DNA from: Mobula hypostoma
Lineage: Eukaryota
Assembly: GCF_963921235.1 (NCBI RefSeq)
Contig: NC_086097.1
Coordinates: forward strand, 191,396,001 to 191,460,000
Direction of reading: 5' to 3'
DNA: 64,000 nucleotides
Position numbers and translations under genes: made by a program. This document shows, piece after piece, positions 11,720-22,910 of this stretch (its first letter is position 1; each line of letters opens with the position of its first letter). The notes beneath the pieces are model-generated. The model had not been told where the DNA came from, made no database searches, and saw nothing but the letters and a program-made list of their open reading frames with translations.

Positions 11720-12803
11720 ATGAAGACAAAAGAACATTGAAGCAACTCCACAAAAAGGTTATTGAAAAGCACAAGTCAGGAGATGGATACAAGAACATTT
11801 CCAAGTCACTGTATAGCCCTTGGAGTACAGCTTATTTCAATCATCAAGAAATGGTAAGATATGGCACAGCTGTAAATCTGCCTAGAGCAAGCTGTCCTTA
11901 AAATCTGAGTGACTGTGTGAGAAGAGAATGAATAAGGGAGGCCACCAAGAGACCTATAACAACTCTGGAGGAATTACAAGCTTCAGCGGCTGAGCTGGGA
12001 GAGACTGCACATACAACAATTGTGGCCCAGTGCTTCACCAGTCACAGCATTATGGGAGATTGGCCTAGAGAAAGGCACTACTGAAGAAATTCACATGAAA
12101 CCTTGGCTAGAGTTTGGGAGACTCTGAAGTCAGCTGCAAGAAGGTTTTAAAGTCTGATGAAACCACAATTGAGCATTTTGGCCTTCAGACTAAACACCAC
12201 ACATCATCAAAAACACCTTTTTTTTCAGCTAGGGGTATATATCGGGGGGTAGGGTTAAGGGGAGGGGGGAGGGTAGTCATTATCTTTCTATGTAATCACT
12301 TCAAAAACTCAATAAAAACTATATTAAAAAAACACCATCCATACCATGAAGCATGGTGGTGGCTGCATCATGCTATGGGGATGCTTCACTGCAGCAGGCT
12401 CTGAAAGGCTTCTGAAGGTAAAGGGTAAAATGAATGCAGCAAATTACAGGGAAATACTGGAGGAAAACCTGATGCAGAACTGTGACTTGGGAGATTTGTT
12501 TTCCAGCAAGACAATGATTCCAAGCATAAAGTGAAAGCCACACAGGAATGGCTTAAAAACACCAAAGTTAATGTCCTGGAGTGGCCAAGTCAGAGTCCAG
12601 ACATAAATCCAATTGAGAATCTGTGCCCTTACCTGAAAAGGGCTGTTCACTCACGATCCCCATGCAATCTGACAGAGCTTGAGCAGTTTTGTAAAGAAGA
12701 ATGGGGAAAAATTGCAGTACCCAGATGTGCAAAGCTGATAGAGACCTATCTACATAGATTCAAGGCTGTAATTGCAGCCAAAGGTGCATTTACCAAATAC
12801 TGA
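11720..12803 (+). pseudogene. Disrupted Tc1 DDE transposase
   Basis: MKTKEH start, [45 protein letters not shown] stop; frameshifts, deletions and an insertion. Confidence 0.92.
12218..12327 (+). mobile_element. 110-bp polyadenylated retro-fragment (L1/Tx1-like 3' end) inside the Tc1
   Basis: TSD aaaaacacc (12209-12217, 12328-12336); G-rich tract; AATAAA at 12311; A-run merging with TSD. Confidence 0.65.
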
Positions 12804-13429
12804 CTTGAAGGGGGTGAATACTTAAGTAATCAATTATTTTGTGTTTTATATTTCTAATTCATTTAGTTCACTTTGTAGAGATCTATTTTTACTTTGACAT
12901 GAAAGAGTCTTTTTTTGTTGATCAGCATCAAAAAAGCCAAATTAAATCCACTCTGATTCAATGTTGTAATACAATAAAACATGAAAACTTCTGGGGCGGG
13001 GGGTGAATACTTGTTATCAGCACTGTATACACAAACTGTAATTTTATTTATTTATTTATTTATTTATTTCTATATTATTATCTATTACATTGAACTGTTG
13101 CTGCTAAGTTAACAAATTTCACAAAACATGGCAGTGCTATTAAACCCGATTGTGATTCTTACACTCCACTGTGCAGCATTACCAAACCTTCCCACAAGGA
13201 TATTCATCCCCCTCCAGTTCAGCTGCAAATTATCTCTTCTGTACAGGTCCCACCTTCCCTGGAAGATAGCCCAACGATCCAAAAATCTTATGACCTCCTT
13301 CCTACACCAACATCTTAGCCACATATTAAACAGTATAATCTTCTAGTTTTGGCCTTACAAGCATGTTGCATGGGTAGCAATCTTGTGATCATAACTCTGG
13401 AGGTCATGCCCTTTAATTTAGCACCTGAT

Positions 13430-13720
13430 GGCTAACATGAGAGGGCACGATTTTAAGGTGCTTGGAAGCAGGTGCAGAGGGGATGTCAGGGGTAATTTTT
13501 TTTAAGCAGAGAGTGGTGAGTGCGTGGAATGGGTTGCCGGTGACGGTGGCGGAGGCGGATACGATAGGGTCTTTTAAGAGACTCCTGGATTGGTACATGG
13601 AGCTTAGAAAAATACAGGGTATGGGTATCCTTAGGTAATTTCTAAAACAAGTACATGTTTGGCACAGCTTTGTGGGCTGAAGGGCCTGTATTGTGCTGTA
13701 GGTTTTCTATGTTTCTATGT
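13430..13720 (+). mobile_element. CR1 3' fragment
   Basis: RGHDFKV...QRVVSAWNGLP coding remnant; (ttctatgt)n tail. Confidence 0.85.
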
Positions 13721-14399
13721 TTTCTAACTCCCTGAAGTCACTATGCAGAACCTCGTCCTACTCATTTCATTGTTACTTACAATGGAGCACAACTTTCTCT
13801 CTGCTCTCCTTCCCATTAAGAATGCCGAGGACTCAATCGGAGATACCCTGGACCCTGGACCCTGGCCCCCCGGAGGCAACATACCATCTGGGAATCTCGT
13901 TCTCACTCGCAGAGCCTTCTGTCCGTTCCCCTAACTAACTAATCCCCTATCACGACAGCGTGCCCCTTCTTCCCCCTTCCCCTCTGAGTCACAGAGCAGA
14001 CTAAGTACCAGAGTCCCAGCCACTGTGGCTTTCCTGTTAGGTTAAGCCACCCTGGTGGTATCCACAATGATATACCCGTTGTTGTGGAGAATGGCCGCAG
14101 CGGCTTATCCCTTTTCCCCTTCCTGACTGTCACCCTGTTTCCTGTGTCCTGCTCCTTGGGTGTAACAGCCTCTCTATGCATCCTATCTATCACCCCTTCA
14201 GCCTCCCGAATGATCGGCAGTTCATCCAGTTACTGCGCCAACTACTTAACATGGATTGTAAGAAGCTGCAGCTGGTTGCACTTCTCACAGTTGTAGTCAT
14301 CAGGGACACTGCAGGTCTCCCTGCCTTACCACATCCCGCAAGAGGAGCATTCAACTATCTTGCCCGGGGATCTCTACTGTTCTTGCTGAGCAGATATTA

Positions 14400-15378
14400 C
14401 TTTACTTTACTTTACTTTATACTTTATTGTCATCAAACAATTGATACTAGAATGTACAATCATCACAGCAATATTTGATTCTGTGCTTCCTGCTCCCTGG
14501 ATTACAAATATTAAATATTAAAAATATTTAAAATAGTAAAAATTAGTAAATATTAAAAATTTAAATTATAAATAGAAAATAGAAAGATGGAAAGTAAGGT
14601 AGTACAAAAAACCGAGAGGCAGGTCCGGATATTTGGAGAGTACGGCCCAGATCCAGGTCAGGATCCGTTCAGCAGTCTTATCACAGTTGGAAAGAAGCTG
14701 TTCCCAAATCTGGCCGTACGAGTCTTCAAGTTCCTGAGCCTTCGCCCAGAGGGAAGAGGGACGAAAAGTGTGTTGGCTGGGTGGGTCGTATCCTTGACAA
14801 TCCTGGCAGCACTGCTCAGACAGCATGCGGTGTAAAGTGAGTCCAAGGACGGAAGATTGGTTTGTGTGATATGCTGTGCCATGTTCACGATCTTCTGCAG
14901 CTTCTTTCAGTCTTGGACAGGACAACTTCCATACCAGGTTGTGATGCACCCTAGAAGAATGCTTTCTACAGTGCATCTATAAAAATTAGTGAGGGTTTTA
15001 GGGGACAGGCCAAATTTCTTTAGTTTTCTCAGGAAGCAAAGGCGCTGGTGGGCCTTCTTGTCAGTGGACTCTGCTTGGTTGGACCAAGTCAGGTCATTTG
15101 TGATATTGACCCCGAGGAACTTAAAGCTTTTGACCTGTTCCACTTGCACATCACCAATGTAAATTGGGTCGTGCGGTCCGCTACTCCTTCTGAAGTCAAC
15201 AACCAATTCCTTCGTCTTGCTGACATTGAGGGATAGGTTATTGTCTTCGCACCATGCCACCAGGTTCTTAATTTCCTCTCTGTACTCAAACTCATCATTA
15301 CCCGAGATACGGCCTACAATTGTTGTGTCATCAGCAAACTTATATATTGAGTTTGATGGAAACTTGGCTACATGTTCA
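14400..15378 (-). mobile_element. Young 5'-truncated Rex1-like LINE
   Basis: KFADDTTIVG, WCEDNNLSLNVSKTKELVVDFR, LPSGRR; (AAAGT)n tail; flanking atta repeat. Confidence 0.9.
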
Positions 15379-15398
15379 ATTAAGAAGGGAAGGGAACA

Positions 15399-15896
15399 GA
15401 GACTGTCTCTGTTCGTCCATCACTGTCTGGTTTGGATCAGCTACCAAACAAGACAAGAATAGACTCCAAAGAACCATCAGGGCTGCGGAAAGGATTATTG
15501 GTGTGAAGCTGCACTCGATCCAGGAGTTATATGCATCTAGAGTCAGGAAGCGAGCAAGCAGCATCATTGTAGACCCATCACACCTCAGACATCACCTGTT
15601 CCAACTCCTTCCTTCTGGTAGGCGCTTTAGATCACTGTATGCCAGGACAAATAGGTACAAGAACAGTTTTTTTCCGTATGCCATCAGTCTTATGAACACT
15701 TGAATTTTAGTCTGTTATAAACCAAGTCCACCTGTACATATACAGGTATACCTCATTGTATATAGTTCACGATTATTTGCACTTTTGTTTTGTTTGCTTT
15801 TTGATTCTGTACAGCTAGAGCTCAGGGAAACCGGCATCAAATTCCCTGTATGTGTCCACATACTTGGCGATAATAAAGGATTCTGATTCTGATTCT
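15399..15896 (+). mobile_element. Rex1-like LINE 3' fragment, different family
   Basis: SSITVWFGS...LPSGRRF...KNSFFP stop; (gattct)n tail; flanking gaaca repeat. Confidence 0.88.
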
Positions 15897-17212
15897 GAAC
15901 AAAAAATAACCTTGAGCTTTTCCTTCCTGTGCTTTTTCTGACTGAAGCTTCTCTTCACGGAAACCTTGAAGAGCTAAAGCCTCAAGATCACCACTCTGTC
16001 CACTCAGACACTGGCTGTTGCACTTGCCCTGCCTTCCTTTAATTTGTTCTTGCTAATCAATTGCAAACGCTGATTGCTTGCTGATCAAAGCTCTTTTTCC
16101 CTGTATCCTGCCTTTTGTACTCAGGTAGTGAATCTGATTGAAGTCCCCTCCTCTCAAAACTTCTGATGTCCAGATTGGCTGCTGGTCAGAGCTCTTTTTC
16201 ACTAAAGACACTAGCAAGTTTCTTTGGATGCACTGTGGAGAATGTTCTAACTGGTTGCACCATTTTCTGGTCTGGAACAGAGATGCAGAAAGTTGTAAAC
16301 TCTACCAGCCCCATCATGGGCACTGGCCTCTCCAGCATCTGGGATAACTTCAAAAGGCCATGCCTCAAAAAGGCGGCATCCATCATTAAGGACTCCCATA
16401 ACTCAGGACATGTGCTCTTCTCACTGATACCATCAACAAGAAGGTACAAGAGCCAGAAGACACACACTCAATATTTCAGGAACAGCTTCTTCCCCTCCAC
16501 CATCAGACTTTGGAATGGAGATTGAACCCGTTACCTCTCCTTTTGCACGATTTATTTAATTTAAAAACCTTGTGTTTCTTATTTTTTATACTTACTGTAA
16601 TATATATGATTTTTATTATTATATATTGCAATGTATTGCTTCCATAAAACAACAAATTTTGTGATATAAAATCTGATTCTGATTCTGATTGTGATTCTAA
16701 ATAATTACCCAAGAAGATTTACAACATACCAAAAGGAGCTTCATGAATTATCCATTCAGTTCAATTCAGATGATTTATCAAATCTTGATTAGCTGACTAA
16801 TGGTTAACTGACAGTTGTCAGACAAGTTCTAGAGAGAAATTTTTAAATGTTAACTGTCAACATGGTAAAACAAAACTCGTTGAAATATGAGCAATCGTTC
16901 AATATGCATCAGGATACCTTCAAAAGGTGATGCTTCAAAAAGGGGGCATCCATCATCAAGGACTCTCATCACTCAGGGCATGTCCTTTTCTCATTGCTAC
17001 CATCAAGGAGGAAGTACAGGAACCAGAAGGTCAATGGTTCAAGGAACAACTTCCTCCCCTGAGCAATCAGATTTCTGAATGAACCCATGTACATTACCTC
17101 ACTATTTTTTTCCTTTCTTTTTACACTTAATTTATTTTTGCATACATAATATATAATTCTTATTGTAATTTATTGTTATTATTTTATAAATTATGATGTA
17201 CTGCTGCCATAC

Positions 17213-18011
17213 TGCTGGATGACCTTCGACTCATAAGGGAGAATGAGGCAGTCATAGATGAGAGCTACAGGGAGGTAGTCACACCTAGGCTGTTGGAAGC
17301 AGGTCATTGGGTGACAGTCAGAGGGGGGAAAGTGAAGGTGAGCAGACAGGTAGTGCAGAGCACTCCTGTAGCCATTCCCCTGAATAATAAGTTTACCGTC
17401 CTGGATACTGTTGGCGGGGACGACCGACCAGGTGTGAGCCACGGTGGCAGGGCCTCTGGCACGGAGTCTGACCCTGTGGTGCAGAAGGGTGGGACGGAGA
17501 AGAGAGCTGTCGTCATTGGACACTGTATAGTCAGGGGAGCAGAAAGGAGATTTTGTGGATGTGAGAAGGACACACGCATGGTTTGTTGCCTCCCGGGTGC
17601 CAGGGTCCGGGATGTCTCTAACCGGGTGCATGACATCCTGGTACGAGAGGGAAAGCAACCAGAAGTCATGATACATGTTGGTACCAACGACATAAGCAGG
17701 AAGAGGGAAGAGGCCTGAAGTGTAAGTTTCGGGAACTAGGCAGAAGGCTGAAGAACAGGACCTCAAGGGTGGCGTTCTCAGGATTGCTGCCAGTGCTATG
17801 TGATAGTGATGGTCAGAATTGGAGGAGATGGCAGTTGAATGCGTGTCTGAGGAGTTGGTGCAGGGAGCAGGGTTTTAGATTTTTCGATCATTGGGATCTC
17901 TTCTGGGGAAGGTGGGACCTGTACAGGTTGGATGGGTTGCACCTGAACTCGAGGGGGAGCAATATCCTTGCAGGTAGGTTTACTAGCATGGTTTGGGAGG
18001 GTTTAAACTAA
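17213..18011 (+). pseudogene. CR1 ORF1 (SGNH esterase domain), disrupted
   Basis: VVIGHCIV (GDS motif mutated), CLPGARV, HVGTND, DGLHLN; frameshift ~17715. Confidence 0.85.
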
Positions 18012-20923
18012 TTTACAAGGAGGATGGGACCCAGAGCGATAGAGCAGTGAAAGAAGTGCATGGAGTAAAGCCAGATCTAACATATAGAGAGGCCTTGAGG
18101 AAAGAGAAGCAGAATAAACGGTGTAAAGACAGTACGGTAGAAGGGCTGAAATGTGTGTACCTCAATGCAAGAAGCATCAGGAACAAAGGTGATGAACTGA
18201 GAGCTTGGATACATACATGGAATTATGATGGCCATTACAGAGACTTGGCTGGCATCAGGGCAGGAACGGATTCTCAATATTCCTGGATTTCAGTGGTTTA
18301 AAAGGGATAGAGAGGGCAGAAATAGAGGAGGAGGGGTGGCATTACTGGTCAGAGATACTATTACAGCTACAGAAAGGGTGGGTAATGTAGCAGGATCCTC
18401 TTTTGAGTCAGTATGGGTGAAAGTCATGAACAGGAAGGGAGCAGTTACTCTATTGGGAGTATTCTATAGGCCTCCTTGTAGCAGCAGAGATACAAAGGAG
18501 CAGATTGGGAGCAGATTTTGGAAAGGTGCGAAAATATCAGGGTTGTTATCATGGGTGACTTTAACTTCCCTAATATTGATTGGCACCTGATTAGTTCCAA
18601 GGGTTTAGATGGGGCAGAGTTTGTTAAGTGTGTCCAGGAAGTATTCCTGTCACAGTATGTGGACAGGCCAACTAGGGGGAATGACATACTAGATCTCGTA
18701 CTAGGTAATGAACCGGGTCAGGTCACAGATCTCTCAGTGGGTGAGCATCTGGGGGACAGTGACCACCGCTCTCTGGCCTTTAGCATTTTCATGGAAAAAG
18801 ATAGAATCAGAGAGGACAGGAAAATTTTTAATTGGGGAAGGGCAAATTATGAGGCTATAAGGCTAGAACTTGCGGGTGTGAATTGGGATGATGTTTTTAC
18901 AGGGAAATGTACTATGGACATGTGGTCGATGTTTAGAGATCTCTTGCAGGATGTTAGGGATAAATTTGTCCCGGTGAGGAAGATAAAGAATGGTAGGGTG
19001 AAGGAACCATGGGTGACAAGTGAGGTGGAAAATCTAGTCAAGTGGAAGAAGGCAGCATACATGAGGTTTAGGAAGCAAGGATCCGATGGGTCTATTGAGG
19101 AATATAAGGAAGCAAGAAAGGAGCTTAAGAGGGGGCTGAGAAAAGCAAGGAGGGGGCATGAGAAGGCCTTGGCGAACAGGGTAAAGGAAAACTCCAAGGT
19201 ATTCTTCAATTATGTGAAGAAAATAAGGATGACTGGCGTGAAGGTAGGACTAATTAGAGATAAAGGTGGGAAGATGTGCCTGGAGGCTGTGGAAGTGAGC
19301 GAGGTCCTCAATGAATACTTCTCTTCGGTATTCACCAATGAGAGGGAACTTGATGATGGTGAGGACAATATGAGTGAGGTTGATGTTCTGGAGCATGCTG
19401 ATATTAAGGGAGAGGAGGTGTTGGAGTTGTTAAAATACATTAGGACTGATAAGTCCCCGGGGCCTGATGGAATATTCCCCAGGCTGCTCCACGAGGTGAG
19501 GGAAGAGATTGCTGAGCCTCTGGCTAGGATCTTTATGTCCTCGTTGTCCACGGGAATGGTACCGGAGGATTGGAGGGAGGCGAATGTTGTCCCCTTGTTC
19601 AAAAAAGATAGTAGGGATAGTCCGGGTAATTATAGACCAGTGAGCCTTACGTCTGTGGTGGGAGAGCTGTTGGAAAAGATTCTTAGAGATAGGATCTATG
19701 GGCATTTAGAGAATCATGGTCTGATCAGGGACAGTCAGCATGGCTTTGTGAAGGGCAGATCGTGTCTAACAAACCTGATAGAGTTCTTTGAGGAGGTGAC
19801 CAGGCATATACATGAGGGTAGTGCAGTGGATGTGATCTATATGGATTTTAGTATGGCATTTGACAAGGTTCCACACGGTAGGCTTATTCAGAAAGTCAGA
19901 AGGCGTGGGATCCAGGGAAGTTTGGCCAGGTGGATTCAGAATTGACTTGCCTGTAGAAGGCAGAGCGTTGTGGTGGAGGGAGTACATTCAGATTGGAGGA
20001 TTGTGACTAGTGGTGTCCCACAAGGATCTGTTCTGGGACATCTACTTTTCTTGATTTTTATTAACGACCTGGATGTGGGGGTAGAAGGGTGGGTTGGCAA
20101 GTTTGCAGATGACACATAGGTTGGTGGTGTTGTAGATAGAGTAGAGGATTATCGAAGATTGCAGAGAGACATTGATAGGATGCAGAAGAGGGCTGAGGGC
20201 AGATGTTCAACCTGGAGAAGTGTGAGGTGGTACACTTTGGAAGGACAAACTCCAAGGCAGAGTACAAAGTAAATGGCAGGATACTTGGTAGTGTGGAGGA
20301 GCAGAGGGATCTGGGGTACATGTCCACAGATCCCTGAAAGTTGCCTCACAGGTGGATAGGGTAGTTAAGAAAGCTTATGGGGTGTTACCTTCATAAGTTG
20401 AGGGATAGAGTTTAAGAGTCGCGATGTAATGATGCAGCTCTATAAAACTCTGGTTAGGCCACACTTGGAGTACTGTGTCCAGTTCTGGTCGCCTCACTAT
20501 AGGAAGGATGTGGAAGCATTGGAAAGTGTACAGAGGAGATTTACCAGGATGCTGCCTGGTTTAGAGAGTATGCATTATGATCAGAGATTAAGGGAGCTAG
20601 GGCTTTACTCTTTGGGGAGAAGGAGGATGAGAGGAGACATGATAGAGGTGTACAAGATAATAAGAGGAATAGATAGAGTGGATAGCCAGCGCCTCTTCCC
20701 CAGGGCACCACTGCTCAATACAAGAGGATATGGCTTTAAGGTAAGGGGTGGGAAGTTCAAGGGAGATATTAGAGGAAAGTTTTTTACTCAGAAAGTGGCT
20801 GGTGCGTGGAATGCACTGCCTGAGTCAGTGGTGGAGGCAGATACACTAGTGAAGTTTAAGAGACTACTAGACAGGTATATGGAGGAATTTAAGGTGGGGT
20901 CTTATATGGGAGGCAGGGTTTAA
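17993..20923 (+). pseudogene. CR1 ORF2 (APE endonuclease + reverse transcriptase), disrupted
   Basis: Consecutive ORFs 17993-18301, 18225-18590, 18518-19945, 20429-20923; stops and frameshifts in the RT core. Confidence 0.93.
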
Positions 20924-21225
20924 GGGTCAGCACAATATTGTGGGCCGAAGGGCCTGTACTGTGTTATACTATTCTATGTTCTATGTTCTAAAACAACAAA
21001 TTTCACAACATATGTCGTGATATTAAATCTGATTTTGAGTAATTTTATATCATTGGATTGAATCAAGTTGCCTTAAGTCTTGTTTCTGTGGTGATGAGTA
21101 CCACAACGGGAGGCCAAAATGGAATATTCACTCAACATATCTGTTTGAAAGTAATCACAAATATTTAAATGTTGCTGTTTGCACTCATGTGCTTTTCTCT
21201 AGTCTCATTGAAGACAGGATAATTC

Positions 21226-21390
21226 CATAAGACCATATGAATTAGGCCATTAAACCCATCAGATCTGCTCCACCATTCAATCATGGCTGATTTATTATCC
21301 TACTCATCACCATTCTCCTGCCTTCTTCCTGTAATCTCTGACACCCTTACTAATCAAGAACTTGTCAACCATGGAGCTTCCACCACCTTT
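21226..21390 (-). mobile_element. Short CR1 3' end fragment
   Basis: ccataagaccat tail plus 3' UTR similar to 28724-28868. Confidence 0.7.
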
Positions 21391-22491
21391 TGGTTATTGA
21401 TCGACCCACAACTATTCACTATTGAACATGGAATACTAAATTGGAATGCAAGCAGTGCTTGGTTTAGTCTCTAATGTGCTGATTCCTCTGGTTAGGTCAC
21501 GTGCTGTAACTTCATCTGATTGTTCTTTTTTTTACATTAGCCTGGTGTTGCACCTGGCATGCTCTACTGCTCTCCTCGCTGAAACAGCATCAGTCTCCTA
21601 ACTAGTTAGTAATGATAGATAGAGAGAAATACTACACAATGGAGTTACAGAGTTTGAAGAAACACAATTCTTCTTCCAAGGATTGCTCTTGGCACTTCCC
21701 GATTGATTGGAATTGCTAGCTCTGCTCCAAATCCATACCATTTAGCACAGTGATATCTCCCACAAAATACCGGAAAGACAGGTATGCCTATTTCTTGAGT
21801 CTCACTGAATGTTCAGTTTAATTCTCTATAAACAAACTGCCTTCTTTATATGTTGTAATAAGGCAGTTTATTTTTAGAGAATTGAATTGAACATTTAAAG
21901 CCAACACATTTTCAGATTAATATTTTGTTTACACACAGTATCAAGAACATCACATCACTTCCATTATTGCCTTCGAAATCCACAAGTGATCAGGCAATTT
22001 TTAAAACTGTGTTGGCTTTCTTAATCATTCGACTGAGAGCAGAATCAATCTGTATAAATTGATCAGCCTGGCAAAGTAGACATTTGATAACTTGCTTCCT
22101 GGGGTAATACCCATTCAGTTGCCTGTCCAGCAAAAAACTGCCCACGTTGATTGAGATCAGTAAGAAATGTTAAGAGCAGGGATATTACCTCTGATCGGTC
22201 CATGCTGAACAAGCAATGGATTTTGGATTCGCGTTTACTGTAACATCATGCAGACCTCTCCTACATCTTCCTGACAGAAACACAGAGTTGTTCCCAGGAA
22301 AGACAAAAGCAAAATGCAATGAATTCTAGAAATATATATTTTGCGATGGAATATTGGGAAGGTTTGATTCTTCCCTGATGCTGCTGGAATTATATGTCTT
22401 TCTATATAATCTTTGGCTCTCCTCTTACTTCAGAATACACGCCCGGAATTTTCTTAATAAATAATTGTACAAAATCATCAGTACAGGCAAG

Positions 22492-22910
22492 CTTCTCCGT
22501 GGTTGTCACCTTGTCATGGTGGAGAAGCCTGTATGGTCCTGTGATCCCGAGAGCAATGCCAGCTGGAGCTATGCTCCTGGTAGGGTCACCCATGGCAGAA
22601 AGGTCGAGGGTGAGGTCCCTGACAAAGAACAATCCAACCATGACCTCAATGGGGGAACAGGCGAATGAAGTTACTTCGAACTCAACGGCTGTGAAGGCGG
22701 ATGAAGGCTGCAATAAATCCATCAGCTCCAATCGTCGTGGTTTCCATGCCATTGGAATCAGTTGGTTGATTTGTGAAGTATCGTGTGCTTCTTGGAGTGC
22801 AACATCAAGTACACGTTAAACAAATACACGCACAGGCGTCTTCACTCTGTGGGCCAATTCTTCAGAATGAAGACCATCATCCTCGACCTCGAGGGATAGC
22901 CACGACAACG
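22492..22910 (+). mobile_element. Non-autonomous RTE-derived element (419 bp)
   Basis: TSD acaggcaag (22483-22491, 22911-22919); RTE-type leader caccttgtcatggtgg...cctgacaaag; cacgacaacg microsatellite-like tail. Confidence 0.75.

Larger units (their letters stand above)
11331..13025 (+). mobile_element. Tc1-family DNA transposon, long-TIR (IR/DR-like) type
   Basis: TA|cagtg...cactg|TA ends; ~220-bp imperfect TIRs with inner repeat taagtattcacccc. Confidence 0.95.
11120..13158 (+). mobile_element. Rex-like LINE 3' fragment, host of the Tc1 insertion
   Basis: SIIKDP..HP..LLSGRRY coding remnant and a 3' UTR that continues on both sides of the Tc1. Confidence 0.7.
8948..16198 (-). mobile_element. 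CR1 LINE with both ends, interrupted by several insertions, EN region missing
   Basis: (TCTTATGG)n tail at 8948; RT ORFs 9856-10194 and 10336-10671; ORF1 pieces 13160-14380 (GRWDLY, VTVRKG, AVVIGD); 5' UTR-like sequence to ~16198. Confidence 0.8.
5978..16700 (+). mobile_element. Rex1/Babar-like LINE split by nested insertions (host pieces ~5978-6140, 7443-7667, 7881-7931, 8112-8214, 8657-8947, 16199-16700)
   Basis: Collinear motifs LKTCANQLVGVFNDIF, LDPLQFAY, PQG, then ENVLTGC/KKAASIIKD/FRNSFFP and (ctgatt)n tail; sequence resumes across each insert. Confidence 0.75.
17213..20990 (+). mobile_element. Near-complete young CR1 LINE (5' UTR and ORF1 N-terminus missing)
   Basis: ORF1 HVGTND/DGLHLN; ORF2 YLNARSI, ITETWL, GDFN, SDH, RT motifs; 475-aa open stretch; (ttctatg)n tail. 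Confidence 0.96.
16915..21040 (+). mobile_element. Rex-like 3' fragment interrupted by the CR1 at 17213
   Basis: ASIIKD/LPSRRKY remnant; tail tactgctgcca...aaacaacaaatttcac resumes at ~20990. Confidence 0.7.

Noticed and set aside
18518..19945. 475-aa ORF as host gene or novel RT system
   Set aside because: Ordinary CR1 ORF2 fragment with flanking frameshifts and stops
22402..22752. ORF ending DDFVQLFIKKIPGVYSE with gtaag donor
   Set aside because: Mostly antisense of the RTE-derived insert; phase incompatible with the next candidate exon
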